Source: Escherichia coli (GTDB lineage: Bacteria; Pseudomonadota; Gammaproteobacteria; Enterobacterales; Enterobacteriaceae). Taken from it: a DNA stretch of 64,000 nt. Positions 42,874 to 54,458 of this stretch are shown piece after piece (positions within the stretch are counted from its first letter, which is position 1; each line of letters starts with the position of its first letter). The notes beneath the pieces are model-generated. The model was not told the DNA's origin. It worked only from the letters and a program-made list of their open reading frames with translations, and ran no database searches. A program made the position numbers and the translations under genes. The stretch is from assembly GCF_001677475.2 (NCBI RefSeq), contig NZ_CP015229.1. One strand, written 5' to 3'.

Positions 42874-44295
42874 ATGAGCATTTCAATGACTACAAAACTC
42901 AGTTATGGATTTGGAGCGTTCGGGAAGGATTTTGCGATCGGCATTGTGTATATGTACCTCATGTATTACTACACCGATGTCGTCGGGCTGTCTGTGGGTT
43001 TGGTCGGTACTTTGTTTCTGGTGGCGAGGATCTGGGATGCTATTAACGATCCGATTATGGGATGGATTGTAAATGCTACGCGATCGCGATGGGGCAAGTT
43101 CAAACCCTGGATCCTGATCGGTACGTTGGCAAACTCTGTAATCTTATTTCTCCTCTTTAGTGCGCATCTGTTTGAAGGTACTACTCAGATTGTCTTTGTT
43201 TGCGTGACCTACATCCTCTGGGGCATGACTTACACCATTATGGATATTCCCTTCTGGTCGCTGGTTCCAACCATAACGCTCGATAAACGTGAGCGCGAAC
43301 AACTGGTTCCTTATCCGCGTTTTTTTGCCAGTCTGGCAGGCTTTGTTACGGCAGGTGTGACGCTACCATTTGTTAATTATGTCGGCGGTGGCGATCGGGG
43401 ATTTGGCTTTCAGATGTTCACTCTGGTACTGATCGCCTTTTTTATTGTTTCAACCATCATCACTCTGCGCAATGTGCATGAAGTCTTTTCGTCAGACAAT
43501 CAACCGTCTGCTGAAGGAAGCCATCTGACACTTAAAGCCATCGTTGCGCTTATTTATAAAAACGATCAGCTTTCATGCCTCTTGGGTATGGCTCTTGCTT
43601 ATAATGTAGCCAGCAATATTATTACCGGCTTTGCTATCTATTATTTCTCATATGTTATCGGTGATGCGGATTTGTTCCCCTATTATCTGTCGTATGCGGG
43701 AGCTGCTAACCTGGTGACGTTAGTATTCTTCCCACGCTTAGTTAAATCATTATCCCGACGCATTTTATGGGCCGGAGCATCTATTCTTCCGGTGTTAAGC
43801 TGTGGTGTTCTCCTGTTAATGGCATTAATGAGCTATCACAACGTCGTCCTCATTGTGATTGCGGGTATCTTGCTGAATGTGGGAACGGCGCTTTTCTGGG
43901 TATTACAGGTCATCATGGTGGCAGATACCGTTGATTACGGTGAATATAAACTGCACGTACGCTGTGAAAGCATCGCTTACTCCGTGCAGACTATGGTGGT
44001 GAAGGGCGGTTCAGCCTTTGCGGCTTTTTTCATTGCGGTTGTGTTAGGGATGATTGGCTATGTACCGAATGTTGAACAGTCTACGCAAGCCCTATTAGGT
44101 ATGCAGTTTATTATGATTGCTCTACCGACTCTGTTTTTCATGATAACGCTGATTCTCTACTTCCGTTTCTATCGCCTCAATGGTGACACGCTGCGCAGGA
44201 TCCAGATCCATCTGCTGGATAAATATCGCAAAGTACCGCCCGAGCCTGTTCATGCTGATATTCCGGTCGGTGCAGTGAGTGATGTGAAAGCCTGA
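42874..44295 (+). CDS. melB: Melibiose:cation symporter
   Basis: ATG at 42874 gives [38 protein letters not shown]...; 12-TM GPH-family transporter. Confidence 0.92.
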   Translation: MSISMTTKLSYGFGAFGKDFAIGIVYMYLMYYYTDVVGLSVGLVGTLFLVARIWDAINDPIMGWIVNATRSRWGKFKPWILIGTLANSVILFLLFSAHLFEGTTQIVFVCVTYILWGMTYTIMDIPFWSLVPTITLDKREREQLVPYPRFFASLAGFVTAGVTLPFVNYVGGGDRGFGFQMFTLVLIAFFIVSTIITLRNVHEVFSSDNQPSAEGSHLTLKAIVALIYKNDQLSCLLGMALAYNVASNIITGFAIYYFSYVIGDADLFPYYLSYAGAANLVTLVFFPRLVKSLSRRILWAGASILPVLSCGVLLLMALMSYHNVVLIVIAGILLNVGTALFWVLQVIMVADTVDYGEYKLHVRCESIAYSVQTMVVKGGSAFAAFFIAVVLGMIGYVPNVEQSTQALLGMQFIMIALPTLFFMITLILYFRFYRLNGDTLRRIQIHLLDKYRKVPPEPVHADIPVGAVSDVKA

Positions 44296-44318
44296 CGTGG
44301 ACAATAGCTAACGAAAAT

Positions 44319-44416
44319 GGCCTGATGCGATATGTTTATCAGGCCACGTTTTAATACAATGCTTTGGATTTGCAAATTTTGTAGACCGGATAAGGAATTC
44401 ACGCCGCATCCGGCAT
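44319..44416. repeat. BIME: two REP units downstream of melB
   Basis: ggcctgatgcgatatgtttatcaggcc and gaccggataaggaattcacgccgcatccggc. Confidence 0.75.
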
Positions 44417-44433
44417 CAACAAAACGCACGTTG

Positions 44434-45063
44434 TTATCCGGTTATCAAGCCAAAGCGCCGTAGCTGGCGGCAATGAAAGCGAGCGAGGAATATCACCGTC
44501 GTTAATGCGCCAAGCAGCGCGCAGAACATATCGGATTGCGTGTCCCACTGGTCGCCCTGGGTGCCGAGAAAATCATCCGCTCCCTGGCCCATTGCCAGCG
44601 CCGCCCACCACTCGATTAATTCATACATCGCGCTTATCGCCAGCGCCACGCAGCAGACCAGAAACGCCACCATCTTATGTCCGCGAACGTACATCCCGCG
44701 CACAAGGATCTCTCGTGCCACCAGTGCAGGCACCAGCCCCTGGAAAAAATGCCCCAGTTTGTCATACGGATTACGGCTCAACCCCAGCCATTCCTGCACC
44801 TCAAAACCAACGGGGACTTTCGCGTAGGTGTATTGTCCGCCGACCATCAGGATGATGGCGTGAAAGAAAATGAGCGTATAGAGCAGCGGCGTTAACGGAT
44901 AACGTCTGGCGGTGGCAAGCAGTAGCGGCACGACAATAATCACCGGTGTCACTTCCATCAGCCAGGTGAGTTTGTCATGGGCCGAAATGCCGGTATAAAT
45001 CAGGATTAACGTTAGCGTCAGTGCGCCGGTGTTAAGAATTAACGGCTTGAGTGTGCGGGTCAT
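44434..45063 (-). CDS. yjdF: Inner-membrane protein YjdF
   Basis: 209-aa multi-TM ORF. Confidence 0.8.
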   Translation of the reverse strand: MTRTLKPLILNTGALTLTLILIYTGISAHDKLTWLMEVTPVIIVVPLLLATARRYPLTPLLYTLIFFHAIILMVGGQYTYAKVPVGFEVQEWLGLSRNPYDKLGHFFQGLVPALVAREILVRGMYVRGHKMVAFLVCCVALAISAMYELIEWWAALAMGQGADDFLGTQGDQWDTQSDMFCALLGALTTVIFLARFHCRQLRRFGLITG

Positions 45064-45185
45064 GGTGAGTTCGCAAGTCAGGGAAAATACTGACTATTCA
45101 CCAGCAAGCGTGAAATTACAATCGCAAAAGAGGTGGCCCAGGGGGATCACCTGGCAGCATGCTGCCAGGCGCTGGGCCGAAGAGG

Positions 45186-46832
45186 TTACTTAGTGCAGTT
45201 CGCGCACTGTTTGTTGACGATTTGCTGGAAGAAGTCGTTACCTTTGTCATCGACCAGGATAAACGCCGGGAAATCTTCTACTTCGATTTTCCAGATAGCT
45301 TCCATACCCAGCTCCGGATAAGCGACGCATTCAAGATGCTTGATGCTCTGCTGCGCCAGTACCGCCGCCGGACCGCCGATACTACCGAGGTAGAAGCCGC
45401 CGTGTTTATGACACGCGTCGGTAACCTGCTGACTGCGGTTACCTTTCGCCAGCATGATCATGCTGCCGCCGTGGGATTGCAGCAGATCCACGTAGGAGTC
45501 CATACGACCTGCGGTGGTTGGGCCAAGTGAACCTGATGGATAACCGGCAGGGGTTTTCGCCGGACCCGCGTAGTAGATCGGGTGATCTTTGATGTACTGC
45601 GGCAGTTCTTTACCGGCGTCAATCAGCTCTTTCAGCTTGGCGTGTGCAATATCTCGACCCACGATAATGGTGCCGGTGAGCGACAAGCGGGTGGATACCG
45701 GGTATTGCGAAAGCTGGGCGAGGATCTCTTTCATCGGGCGGTTAAGGTCGACTTTCACCGCTTCGCCTTCACCGGCCTGACGCAGTTCTTGTGGAATGTA
45801 CTGGCCTGGATTGTGTTCCAGTTTTTCGATCCAGATACCTTCGCGGTTGATTTTCGCTTTAATGTTACGGTCAGCGGAGCAGGAGACGCCCATGCCTACC
45901 GGGCAGGATGCACCGTGACGCGGCAGACGGATAACGCGAATGTCGTGCGCGAAGTATTTACCACCAAACTGCGCGCCAAGACCGAGTTTCTGGGCCTCTT
46001 CCAGCAGTTCCTGTTCCAGCTGGACATCGCGGAACGCCTGACCATGTTCGTTCCCTTCCGTCGGCAGTTCATCATAATAGTGAGTGCTTGCTAACTTGAC
46101 GGTTTTCAGGTTGGTTTCCGCAGACGTACCGCCAATCACAAACGCGATATGGTACGGCGGGCAGGCTGCAGTACCGAGGGTACGCATTTTCTCGACGAGG
46201 AAGTTTTTCAGTTTGCCGGGCGTCAGCAGGGCTTTGGTTTCCTGGTAGAGATACGTTTTGTTGGCAGAGCCGCCGCCTTTAGCGACACAGAGGAATTTGT
46301 ACTCATCGCCATCTACCGCGTACAGGTCGATTTGCGCAGGCAGGTTCGTGCCGGTGTTGACCTCTTTATACATGTCCAGCGGCGCGTTCTGTGAATAGCG
46401 CAGGTTATCTTCGATATAGGTGTTATAGACGCCTTTCGACAGCGCTTCTTCATCACCGCCACCGGTCCACACGCGCTGACCTTTTTTACCGACGATGATT
46501 GCGGTGCCGGTATCCTGGCAGGTCGGCAGCACGCCTTTGGCGGCGATTTCGGAGTTTCTTAAGAATTGCAGCGCCACGTACTTGTCGTTTTCGCTGGCTT
46601 CTGGATCGTGAAGAATAGCCGCGACCTGTTTCTGGTGGGCCGGGCGGAGCATGAAAGAAGCGTCGTGAAAGGCTTGCTGCGCCAGCAGGGTCAGGGCTTC
46701 TGGTTCCACTTTCAGAATGGTTTCGCCGTCGAAGTCGGCAACGCTAACGTAATCGGAAGTGAGTAGATAGTATTCGGTATTGTCTTTCCCCATCGGGAAA
46801 GGTGCCTGGTAGATAAAGGGTTTGTTTGACAT
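45186..46832 (-). CDS. fumB: Class I (Fe-S) fumarate hydratase, anaerobic isozyme
   Basis: 548-aa [40 protein letters not shown]... Confidence 0.93.
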   Translation of the reverse strand: MSNKPFIYQAPFPMGKDNTEYYLLTSDYVSVADFDGETILKVEPEALTLLAQQAFHDASFMLRPAHQKQVAAILHDPEASENDKYVALQFLRNSEIAAKGVLPTCQDTGTAIIVGKKGQRVWTGGGDEEALSKGVYNTYIEDNLRYSQNAPLDMYKEVNTGTNLPAQIDLYAVDGDEYKFLCVAKGGGSANKTYLYQETKALLTPGKLKNFLVEKMRTLGTAACPPYHIAFVIGGTSAETNLKTVKLASTHYYDELPTEGNEHGQAFRDVQLEQELLEEAQKLGLGAQFGGKYFAHDIRVIRLPRHGASCPVGMGVSCSADRNIKAKINREGIWIEKLEHNPGQYIPQELRQAGEGEAVKVDLNRPMKEILAQLSQYPVSTRLSLTGTIIVGRDIAHAKLKELIDAGKELPQYIKDHPIYYAGPAKTPAGYPSGSLGPTTAGRMDSYVDLLQSHGGSMIMLAKGNRSQQVTDACHKHGGFYLGSIGGPAAVLAQQSIKHLECVAYPELGMEAIWKIEVEDFPAFILVDDKGNDFFQQIVNKQCANCTK

Positions 46833-46872
46833 AGCTTCCAGCCTGTAACTCTGTATTTGTTATTCGAAAATG

Positions 46873-46900
46873 GCGTGCCGCGTAGTCACGGGCGGCACGC
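46873..46900 (-). terminator. Terminator hairpin downstream of dcuB
   Basis: gcgtgccgc-(10 nt loop)-gcggcacgc stem followed on the minus strand by cattttcg. Confidence 0.55.
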
Positions 46901-46909
46901 AAAGTGCAT

Positions 46910-48250
46910 TTATAAGAACCCGTACATCGCGGCGAAGATCCAGCCGAAGACGCACGATACGCTCACACCAATCAACCCCGGCAGAATAAAGCTGTGGTTG
47001 ATGACGAAGCGACCGATGTGGGTGGTGCCGGAACGGTCAAACTGAATCGCTGCCAGATCGCTCGGATAAGTCGGCAGGATGTAATAACCGTAGCAAGCCG
47101 GTGCTGAAGCCACGATGTATGCCGGATCAACGCCGATAGCCAGCGCGACCGGAACAATCGCCGCCAGCGCCGCAGCCTGAGAGTTTACAAACTTGGAAAC
47201 CAGCAGCAGAACAATGGCATAGGCCCACGGATACTCTTTCACCATTTCACCCAGTACGCCCTGAATTTCAGACATATGGGCACCGAACATGGTTTCTGCC
47301 ATCCATGCGATACCGTACACCGCCACGATGGCGATCATACCGGAACGGAAGACTTCGTTTTTTGAGATAGACGCGGGATTGGTTTTGGTCAGGATAATAA
47401 TCAGCGCCCCGGTCAGCAGCATAAACATCTGAATAACCAGTACCATCGACAGCGGTTTGCCGCCGAAGGATGGACGCAGGTCCGAATCAGCACCAAGAAG
47501 TGCGACTACAGCGATTGCCCCGAGGAAGATCCACATTGCAAGCCAGTTGCTTTTCGGCAGTTTTTTATCCAGCAGCGTCGCGGTATCACCGTAAACATAC
47601 TCACGGTTTTCCGGTACGGAGATGAATTTCTGGAACTCTTCGTCTTTATCCAGATCTTTACCGCGGAACCAGCTGAAGATACCGATCGCCAGGATACCGA
47701 TTAACGTCGATGGAATGGTGATTGCCAGCAGGTCGAGGAACTCAAGATGGCGACCATCAAAGGTGACATTACCCAGCATTGCAACCAGAGACACGACCGC
47801 AACCGACACCGGACTGGCGATAATCCCCATCTGTGCACCGATAGAACTTGCCGCCATCGGGCGTTCCGGACGGATGTTGTTCTTAATGGCGACGTCGTAG
47901 ATGATCGGCAAAATGGTGTAAACCACATGACCCGTACCGCAAAGAATGGTCAGCGTACAGGTCACAAACGGCGCGACAATTGAGACATATTTCGGGTTGC
48001 GGCGCAGCAGCTTCTCGGCAATTTGCAGCATGACATCAAGACCGCCCGAAGCTTGCAAGGTCGCCGATGCCGCCACCACCGCAATGATAACCAGCATGAC
48101 ATCAACCGGTGGTTTACCTGGCTGAAGGTGGAAGACGAAGACCAGAATGACCAGACCGATACCGCCTAATAAACCCAGCGCGATACCACCCTTTCTGGCA
48201 CCATAAAACAGACATATCAGTATTATGATAAGTTGGATAGTAAATAACAT
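46910..48250 (-). CDS. dcuB: Anaerobic C4-dicarboxylate antiporter
   Basis: 446-aa polytopic [25 protein letters not shown]... Confidence 0.92.
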
Positions 48251-48819
48251 GTGTGAACCCTCGCGATAATCCTATTTAAATTTTTGCTGAATAGATCACA
48301 GTCACGTTCTGTTTTGTATGAACTGTTTTCAGAGCCTGACTAAATATCCGTTTGGTCGTTACCGGCTTTAGCAAATACCTCACAGTGAATATTGGCTGAT
48401 TAAAGCAGCGGCAAATTTATGCACTGTGATAAGCGGCTTTTTCAGAGAGAATGACTCTCTGGCGATGGGTTTATAGTTTGTACTGCGCAGATGTTAATGT
48501 TTTGTTTGCTTCTATCTTATTGATATTTATTGGTCTATTTTTTTTCTCAGGGCAGATGTCATTAGGTTTATAGATTAATCTGATCTACCCATTTGTGGGT
48601 AAAAATACACATAATGCGGGTGACATAATAGTTAATTAACTTTTGTTAGCGTTTTGAAATTAAAAACACCGTTCATCTGAAGAGATATTAATTTTTAACG
48701 ATGATAGAGGGATAATTATATTTGATCTGGCACAAGTTTTATTGATTAACGATGTAACTTGTGCCAGGGGTATTTTGCATTACGGTAATAATTATTACTT
48801 ACAGATAACCAGCGATCCG
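48251..48819 (-). promoter_or_regulatory. Long AT-rich dcuB upstream regulatory region
   Basis: 569-bp AT-rich untranslated spacer upstream of dcuB; known in E. coli to integrate DcuR, FNR, NarL and CRP control. Individual sites not resolved. Confidence 0.45.
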
Positions 48820-49539
48820 TTATTGGCAATATTGTTTCAGTAGTGAGTAGTGTTCTGCCTGAATACGGTAACGGTAAACCGGACGCCCCGTGACGCCATA
48901 ATGGATACTGGTGAACAAGATGTGGCAGTTGACCAGCCAGATAAGGTATTTACGGCAGGAAACACGCGAGATGTTAACCTCGTTAGCCAGCTCGTCGGTT
49001 GAAAACTCATAGTCCTGATGCGCGTCAATCCACTGGCACAGCGTGCGTAACGTCTGCGGCGTTAAGCCTTTTGGCAAGCGACGAGGATCCTGCTCGTTGG
49101 AGCTGCTGCCGTGGATTAGCTGATCAAGCTCGGCCTGGTCATAATACTGATGTTTTTCCAGCGCCATTTTCTTTTGCCGCCAGCCGGTGAGCGCCTCTTC
49201 AAAGCGGGAAGCCTGGAAGGGTTTGATCAGGTAATCCACGACACCGTAATGCAGCGAATCTTTAATGGTTGCCGCATCGGCTGCGGAGGAGATGACAATC
49301 ACATCACTTTTGCAACGCGCGTTATGCAGGACAGGCAGTAAATCGAGCCCGTTCTCTTTTTGCATATAGATATCGAGCAATATCAGGTCGATAGGCGTAT
49401 CGCTATTGAAGATAATCTCTTTGGCTTTCTCCAGCGTCGAGGCTGTTCCACAGCATTGAAAGCCTGGGATTTGTGCTACGTATCGGCGATTCAGCTCCGC
49501 GACCATTGCGTCGTCATCGATAATTAATACATTGATCAT
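48820..49539 (-). CDS. dcuR: Two-component response regulator DcuR (CitB family)
   Basis: 239-aa ORF MINVLIIDDDAMVAELNRRY...; overlaps dcuS by 4 bp. Confidence 0.92.
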   Translation of the reverse strand: MINVLIIDDDAMVAELNRRYVAQIPGFQCCGTASTLEKAKEIIFNSDTPIDLILLDIYMQKENGLDLLPVLHNARCKSDVIVISSAADAATIKDSLHYGVVDYLIKPFQASRFEEALTGWRQKKMALEKHQYYDQAELDQLIHGSSSNEQDPRRLPKGLTPQTLRTLCQWIDAHQDYEFSTDELANEVNISRVSCRKYLIWLVNCHILFTSIHYGVTGRPVYRYRIQAEHYSLLKQYCQ

Positions 49540-51167
49540 CTGTTCGACCTCTCCCCGTCCCAGGGTATCTGGACAAAAAATTGTGTGAAAATCCCGGGTT
49601 CCGATTCCACGGCGATGCTGCCGCCGAGATTTTCTACCTGTTGTTTGACAAGTGCTAAACCGACGCCTCGCTCGCTTCCTTTTGTCGAGACACCTTTGTC
49701 AAAAATGTGATCGATTTTGTCGGGTGCGATCCCCGGTCCATCATCGTTAACTTCACAGTGCAGCCAGCCGTGACGGTAGTGCAATGTTACGCTAATTTCG
49801 CCACCGGGTTCCGGCCCTAATGCTTCCAGCGCGTTTTCTATCAGATTTCCCAACGTGGTAATCAGCGTCGCGACCTGGTCCTCACTGCCGCTGTCTGGCA
49901 ACTGGCTTTCACTGTTTAAAATCAGCGTATGGCCTAAATCGGTCGCGCGGTTAATCTTGCTGATTAAAAAACCAGCGATAACCGGAGATTTGATCTTACC
50001 CAGCAGAGAGCCAATCTCTTCCTGATAGTTATTGGCTGTTTTGAGAATGTAATCTTCCAACTGCTTATAACTCTTCAGATGCAATAATCCGAGAATCACG
50101 TGCAATTTATTCATAAATTCGTGGGATCGTTCACGAAGTGCGTCAGCATAGTTGACCAGACCGTCGAGTCGCTGCATCAGTTTACGTACTTCAGTTTTGT
50201 CCCTGAAGGTTGAAATGGCACCGATGATAACGCCATTACTGCGCACCGGAACGGTGTTGATCAGTAATAGCCGGTCTTTAATCGTAATCTCTTCGTCGCG
50301 GCGCGGCGTACCGTCGCGTAACACTTCCGAGACATCTACTACCTGTGACCACGAGTGGCTTAGCGTCGACAGTTTCTCATCGTCCTGCGACTTACGGTAA
50401 TTCAGCAATTCTTGTGCGGCATCGTTGATCAGCGTGACTTCACCGCGATCGTCCACGGCAACGACGCCTTCTTTGATAGACTGCAACATGGCCTGGCGCT
50501 GCTCAAACAGCGTGGAGATTTCGTAGGGTTCCAGGCCAAAAAGAATTTTTTTCAGTACTTTAACCAGAATGCAGGTGCCAATCAGTCCGACCAGCATGCC
50601 AAATAATACCGACCAGATAATGCTCCAGCGACTGTCATTGATCTGTTGGGTCACGCGGCTTAACTCAAGGCCGATCGCCACCACGCCAATTTGTTTATGA
50701 TTTTCATCGTAGATGGGGGTAAATACGCGTAAAGCCTGCGCCAGAAAACCGCGATTGATAGCGACATTTTCTTCGCCATTCAGCGCTTTAAGGATGTCAT
50801 CACCTTTAAATGGCTGACCAATACGCTGGGCTTCAGGATGCGAGTAGCGAAGACTTTGCATATCGGTAACGACAATAAATAGCAGATCGTTGCGTTTGCG
50901 CACGGCTTCCGCGATGGCCTGGATGCCGCTCTCCTGCGGTTTTTTCTGCAAGCCCTGACGGATTTCCGGCGAGTCGGCGAGGGTTCGCGCCACTGCCAGT
51001 GCCTTGTTGGCTAGCCCGTCTCGCGTCATATCACTGATTTGCGAGAAGTAAATCAGATGCACCACCAATAGTACCGAGAACAGTACCGCGCTGACCATTA
51101 AGATCACAGTGGTACTCAATTTCATCGGACGTTTGCGTAACATGCGGTAGGGCAATGAATGTCTCAT
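49536..51167 (-). CDS. dcuS: C4-dicarboxylate sensor histidine kinase DcuS
   Basis: 543-aa ORF with two TM segments, periplasmic and cytoplasmic PAS domains, kinase core. Confidence 0.92.
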   Translation of the reverse strand: MRHSLPYRMLRKRPMKLSTTVILMVSAVLFSVLLVVHLIYFSQISDMTRDGLANKALAVARTLADSPEIRQGLQKKPQESGIQAIAEAVRKRNDLLFIVVTDMQSLRYSHPEAQRIGQPFKGDDILKALNGEENVAINRGFLAQALRVFTPIYDENHKQIGVVAIGLELSRVTQQINDSRWSIIWSVLFGMLVGLIGTCILVKVLKKILFGLEPYEISTLFEQRQAMLQSIKEGVVAVDDRGEVTLINDAAQELLNYRKSQDDEKLSTLSHSWSQVVDVSEVLRDGTPRRDEEITIKDRLLLINTVPVRSNGVIIGAISTFRDKTEVRKLMQRLDGLVNYADALRERSHEFMNKLHVILGLLHLKSYKQLEDYILKTANNYQEEIGSLLGKIKSPVIAGFLISKINRATDLGHTLILNSESQLPDSGSEDQVATLITTLGNLIENALEALGPEPGGEISVTLHYRHGWLHCEVNDDGPGIAPDKIDHIFDKGVSTKGSERGVGLALVKQQVENLGGSIAVESEPGIFTQFFVQIPWDGERSNR

Positions 51168-51347
51168 CAGCTTCCTTGTGTGACAAATTTCTTAAGCATT
51201 ATCTCTGATGAGGCGGGTAATTCAAAGGGAGTAAGAATGATTGGCTATATAGGGGAAGAGATTCTGGCAACGGAAACTGCCAGTGCTGAATGAAGGTTCC
51301 GGGGCTATGCTTATAGCGATAATCATACTGATGAGAGAGGGAAGGTC

Positions 51348-51578
51348 ATGGATCGGGCGCTACTGGACGGGGGTTATCGCTGTTATACCGGCGAAAAGAT
51401 CGATGTCTATTTCAATACTGCGATATGTCAGCATTCTGGCAATTGCGTACGTGGCAACGGCAAGTTATTTAATCTCAAACGAAAGCCGTGGATCATGCCG
51501 GATGAAGTCGACGTTGCCACTGTGGTTCAAGTGATTGATACGTGCCCGAGCGGCGCGCTGAAATACCGTCATAAATAA
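51348..51578 (+). CDS. yjdI: Small CDGSH-like Fe-binding protein YjdI
   Basis: 76-aa [40 protein letters not shown]... Confidence 0.8.
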   Translation: MDRALLDGGYRCYTGEKIDVYFNTAICQHSGNCVRGNGKLFNLKRKPWIMPDEVDVATVVQVIDTCPSGALKYRHK

Positions 51579-51589
51579 GCGAGGGTAAA

Positions 51590-51862
51590 ATGGAAATACG
51601 CGAAGGCCACAATAAATTTTACATAAATGACGAACAAGGCAAGCAAATCGCTGAAATTGTCTTTGTGCCGACCGGAGAGAATTTAGCGATTATCGAACAT
51701 ACCGATGTCGATGAAAGCCTGAAAGGGCAAGGGATTGGTAAACAGCTGGTTGCGAAAGTCGTGGAAAAAATGCGTCGGGAAAAACGAAAAATTATCCCAC
51801 TATGCCCATTTGCGAAACACGAATTTGATAAAACGCGGGAGTATGATGATATTCGCAGTTGA
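51590..51862 (+). CDS. yjdJ: GNAT-family acetyltransferase YjdJ
   Basis: 90-aa ORF with GNAT core motif QGIGKQLV. Confidence 0.8.
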   Translation: MEIREGHNKFYINDEQGKQIAEIVFVPTGENLAIIEHTDVDESLKGQGIGKQLVAKVVEKMRREKRKIIPLCPFAKHEFDKTREYDDIRS

Positions 51863-52088
51863 TGGGAGAGTACAGATTCACGATATTTTTCATGCTCTCC
51901 GCGGTGTGATGCAGGAGAGCATCTGAAGGGTAGGGGGATGCACAAAGAATGGGCAGAGAGCGCGTTTTTTTGTCCCAAGTCATCCCCTTTACTGAGCAAA
52001 AAAAAGAATATCTCCTATATGAGAATCATCAATCGGGGTTAATAAGTTTTGCGTCCCCAGAGCGTTTAAAATTGATAGGAGTCATATT

Positions 52089-52385
52089 ATGGAAGGTAAA
52101 AACAAGTTCAATACTTATGTTGTTTCTTTTGATTATCCATCATCTTATTCCTCAGTGTTCTTAAGGTTAAGATCATTGATGTATGATATGAATTTCTCCT
52201 CTATCGTGGCTGATGAATATGGGATACCACGACAATTGAATGAAAATTCCTTCGCAATAACGACATCGTTAGCCGCAAGTGAAATCGAAGATTTAATCAG
52301 GCTTAAATGCTTAGACTTACCGGATATTGATTTTGACCTCAACATTATGACAGTTGATGACTATTTCCGTCAGTTTTACAAGTAG
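52089..52385 (+). CDS. ghoS: Type V antitoxin GhoS (sequence-specific endoribonuclease)
   Basis: 98-aa ORF MEGKNKFNTYVVSFDYPSSYSSVFLRLRSL..., directly upstream of ghoT. Confidence 0.85.
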   Translation: MEGKNKFNTYVVSFDYPSSYSSVFLRLRSLMYDMNFSSIVADEYGIPRQLNENSFAITTSLAASEIEDLIRLKCLDLPDIDFDLNIMTVDDYFRQFYK

Positions 52386-52412
52386 CCAGGAAGGATAAGA
52401 AGAACATAAAAA

Positions 52413-52586
52413 ATGGCACTATTCTCTAAAATATTAATTTTTTATGTGATTGGTGTGAACATATCCTTTGTCATTATCTGGTTTATCTCACATGAGAAAA
52501 CACATATTCGTTTACTTAGTGCATTCCTGGTCGGAATAACCTGGCCAATGAGTCTGCCTGTGGCATTACTTTTTTCTCTCTTTTAG
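52413..52586 (+). CDS. ghoT: Type V toxin GhoT (57-aa membrane-lytic peptide); absent from the ORF track
   Basis: Hand translation of atg gca cta ttc ... ttt tag gives MALFSKILIFYVIGVNISFVIIWFISHEKTHIRLLSAFLVGITWPMSLPVALLFSLF (two TM helices), 27 bp downstream of ghoS. Confidence 0.85.
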   Translation: MALFSKILIFYVIGVNISFVIIWFISHEKTHIRLLSAFLVGITWPMSLPVALLFSLF

Positions 52587-52704
52587 GAGCTGTAGTTGAG
52601 TGGACCCGCTGGTTATCTTGAAACGAAGCGTCTCTCCTCAAAACTGGATTTGCGGAACGACGAACGAAGCAGTCGCCTGACTGCTTCGTTCATTAAAGTG
52701 AAAT

Positions 52705-54222
52705 TTATTTCTGTGGGCGCATCGCCGGGAAGAGAATAACGTCGCGAATAGTATGACTGTTTGTAAACAGCATAATCATTCGGTCGATACCAATACCCAG
52801 ACCAGCGGTTGGCGGCAGACCATATTCCAGCGCAGTCACGTAATCTTCGTCATAGAACATGGCTTCGTCGTCACCTGCAGCTTTAGCGTTAACCTGTTCC
52901 TGGAAACGTTCAGCCTGATCTTCTGCATCGTTTAATTCGCTAAAACCATTACCGATTTCACGACCACCGATGAAGAATTCAAAACGGTCGGTGATTTCCG
53001 GGTTAACATCATTACGGCGCGCCAGCGGGGACACTTCTGCCGGATATTCCGTAATAAAGGTTGGCTGAATCAGATGTGCTTCTGCCACTTCATCAAAGAT
53101 CTCCGTAACAATACGTCCCAGACCCCAGCTTTTCTCTACCGTAATTCCGATAGATTCAGCTAATGCTTTAGCGGCATCAAAATTATCCAGGTCGGCCATA
53201 TCGGTTTCTGGACGATATTTTTTGATTGCTTCGCGCATGGTGAGTTTTTCAAACGGTTTGCCGAAATCAAACACATGCTCGCCATAAGTGACTTTAGTGG
53301 TACCCAGAACCTCTTGTGCCAGGGTGCGGAACAGTGACTCTGTCAGTTCAATCAAATCGTGGTAATCCGCATACGCCATGTAGAGTTCCATCATTGTGAA
53401 CTCAGGATTATGGCGAACAGAAATGCCTTCATTACGGAAGTTACGGTTGATTTCGAATACCCGTTCAAAACCGCCTACAACCAGACGTTTCAGATACAGC
53501 TCCGGCGCAATACGCAGGTACATATCTAAATCCAGAGCGTTATGATGGGTAATAAACGGGCGAGCAGATGCCCCACCTGGAATTACCTGCATCATCGGGG
53601 TTTCTACTTCCATAAAGCCGCGCGCGACCATGAACTGGCGGATAGCGGCCAGAATTTTTGAACGGACAACAAACGTTTGACGGGATTTATCGTTAGCGAT
53701 GAGGTCCAGATAACGTTGACGATAACGGACTTCCTGATCCTGCAGACCATGGAATTTATCTGGTAAAGGACGTAGTGCTTTTGTCAGCAGGCGCAACTCA
53801 GTACAGTGAATGGAAAGCTCACCCGTTTGCGTCTTAAACAGCGTACCGCGGGCACCGATAATGTCACCCAGATCCCATTTTTTAAACTGATCGTTATAAA
53901 CACCTTCTGGCAGGCTATCTCGTGCGACGTACAGTTGAATACGGCCACCGACATCCTGCAACGTTACAAAGGAGGCTTTCCCCATGATACGACGGGTCAT
54001 CATTCGGCCAGCAACCGAGACTTCAATGTTTAAGGATTCCAGTTCCTGGTTATCCTTCGCATCAAACTCTTCGTGCAACTGGTCAGAGGTATGGTCGCGG
54101 CGAAAATCATTGGGAAACGCCACACCTTGCTGACGTAGTGCCGCCAGCTTTTCGCGGCGATTTCTCAGTTCATCGTTAAAATCAATAGCCTCATTGGCTC
54201 CCCGTGTTTCTCGTTCAGACAT
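52705..54222 (-). CDS. lysU: Lysyl-tRNA synthetase, inducible isozyme
   Basis: ATG at 54222 gives MSE(R/Q)[30 protein letters not shown]... (505 aa); class II aaRS motifs. Confidence 0.92.
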   Translation of the reverse strand: MSERETRGANEAIDFNDELRNRREKLAALRQQGVAFPNDFRRDHTSDQLHEEFDAKDNQELESLNIEVSVAGRMMTRRIMGKASFVTLQDVGGRIQLYVARDSLPEGVYNDQFKKWDLGDIIGARGTLFKTQTGELSIHCTELRLLTKALRPLPDKFHGLQDQEVRYRQRYLDLIANDKSRQTFVVRSKILAAIRQFMVARGFMEVETPMMQVIPGGASARPFITHHNALDLDMYLRIAPELYLKRLVVGGFERVFEINRNFRNEGISVRHNPEFTMMELYMAYADYHDLIELTESLFRTLAQEVLGTTKVTYGEHVFDFGKPFEKLTMREAIKKYRPETDMADLDNFDAAKALAESIGITVEKSWGLGRIVTEIFDEVAEAHLIQPTFITEYPAEVSPLARRNDVNPEITDRFEFFIGGREIGNGFSELNDAEDQAERFQEQVNAKAAGDDEAMFYDEDYVTALEYGLPPTAGLGIGIDRMIMLFTNSHTIRDVILFPAMRPQK

Positions 54223-54458
54223 TTTGGTTCCTCTAAATCCAGCTTTCAATTTAGCGTAGATAAAGAGACAGATCGGTACACTGTATTATCTGCCTCGACT
54301 ATTAATAACTCAGTTTATCTTATCGAAACTAACGCTTACCTCAAGTTGATATCACTAATAAATAACCATCAAAATGGTTTAAATGACTTATTAATCTCGA
54401 TTTATTAGTGTGATAAACTAAAAGTTAGTTTATTCATAACCAATTGTTTTTACGACAG

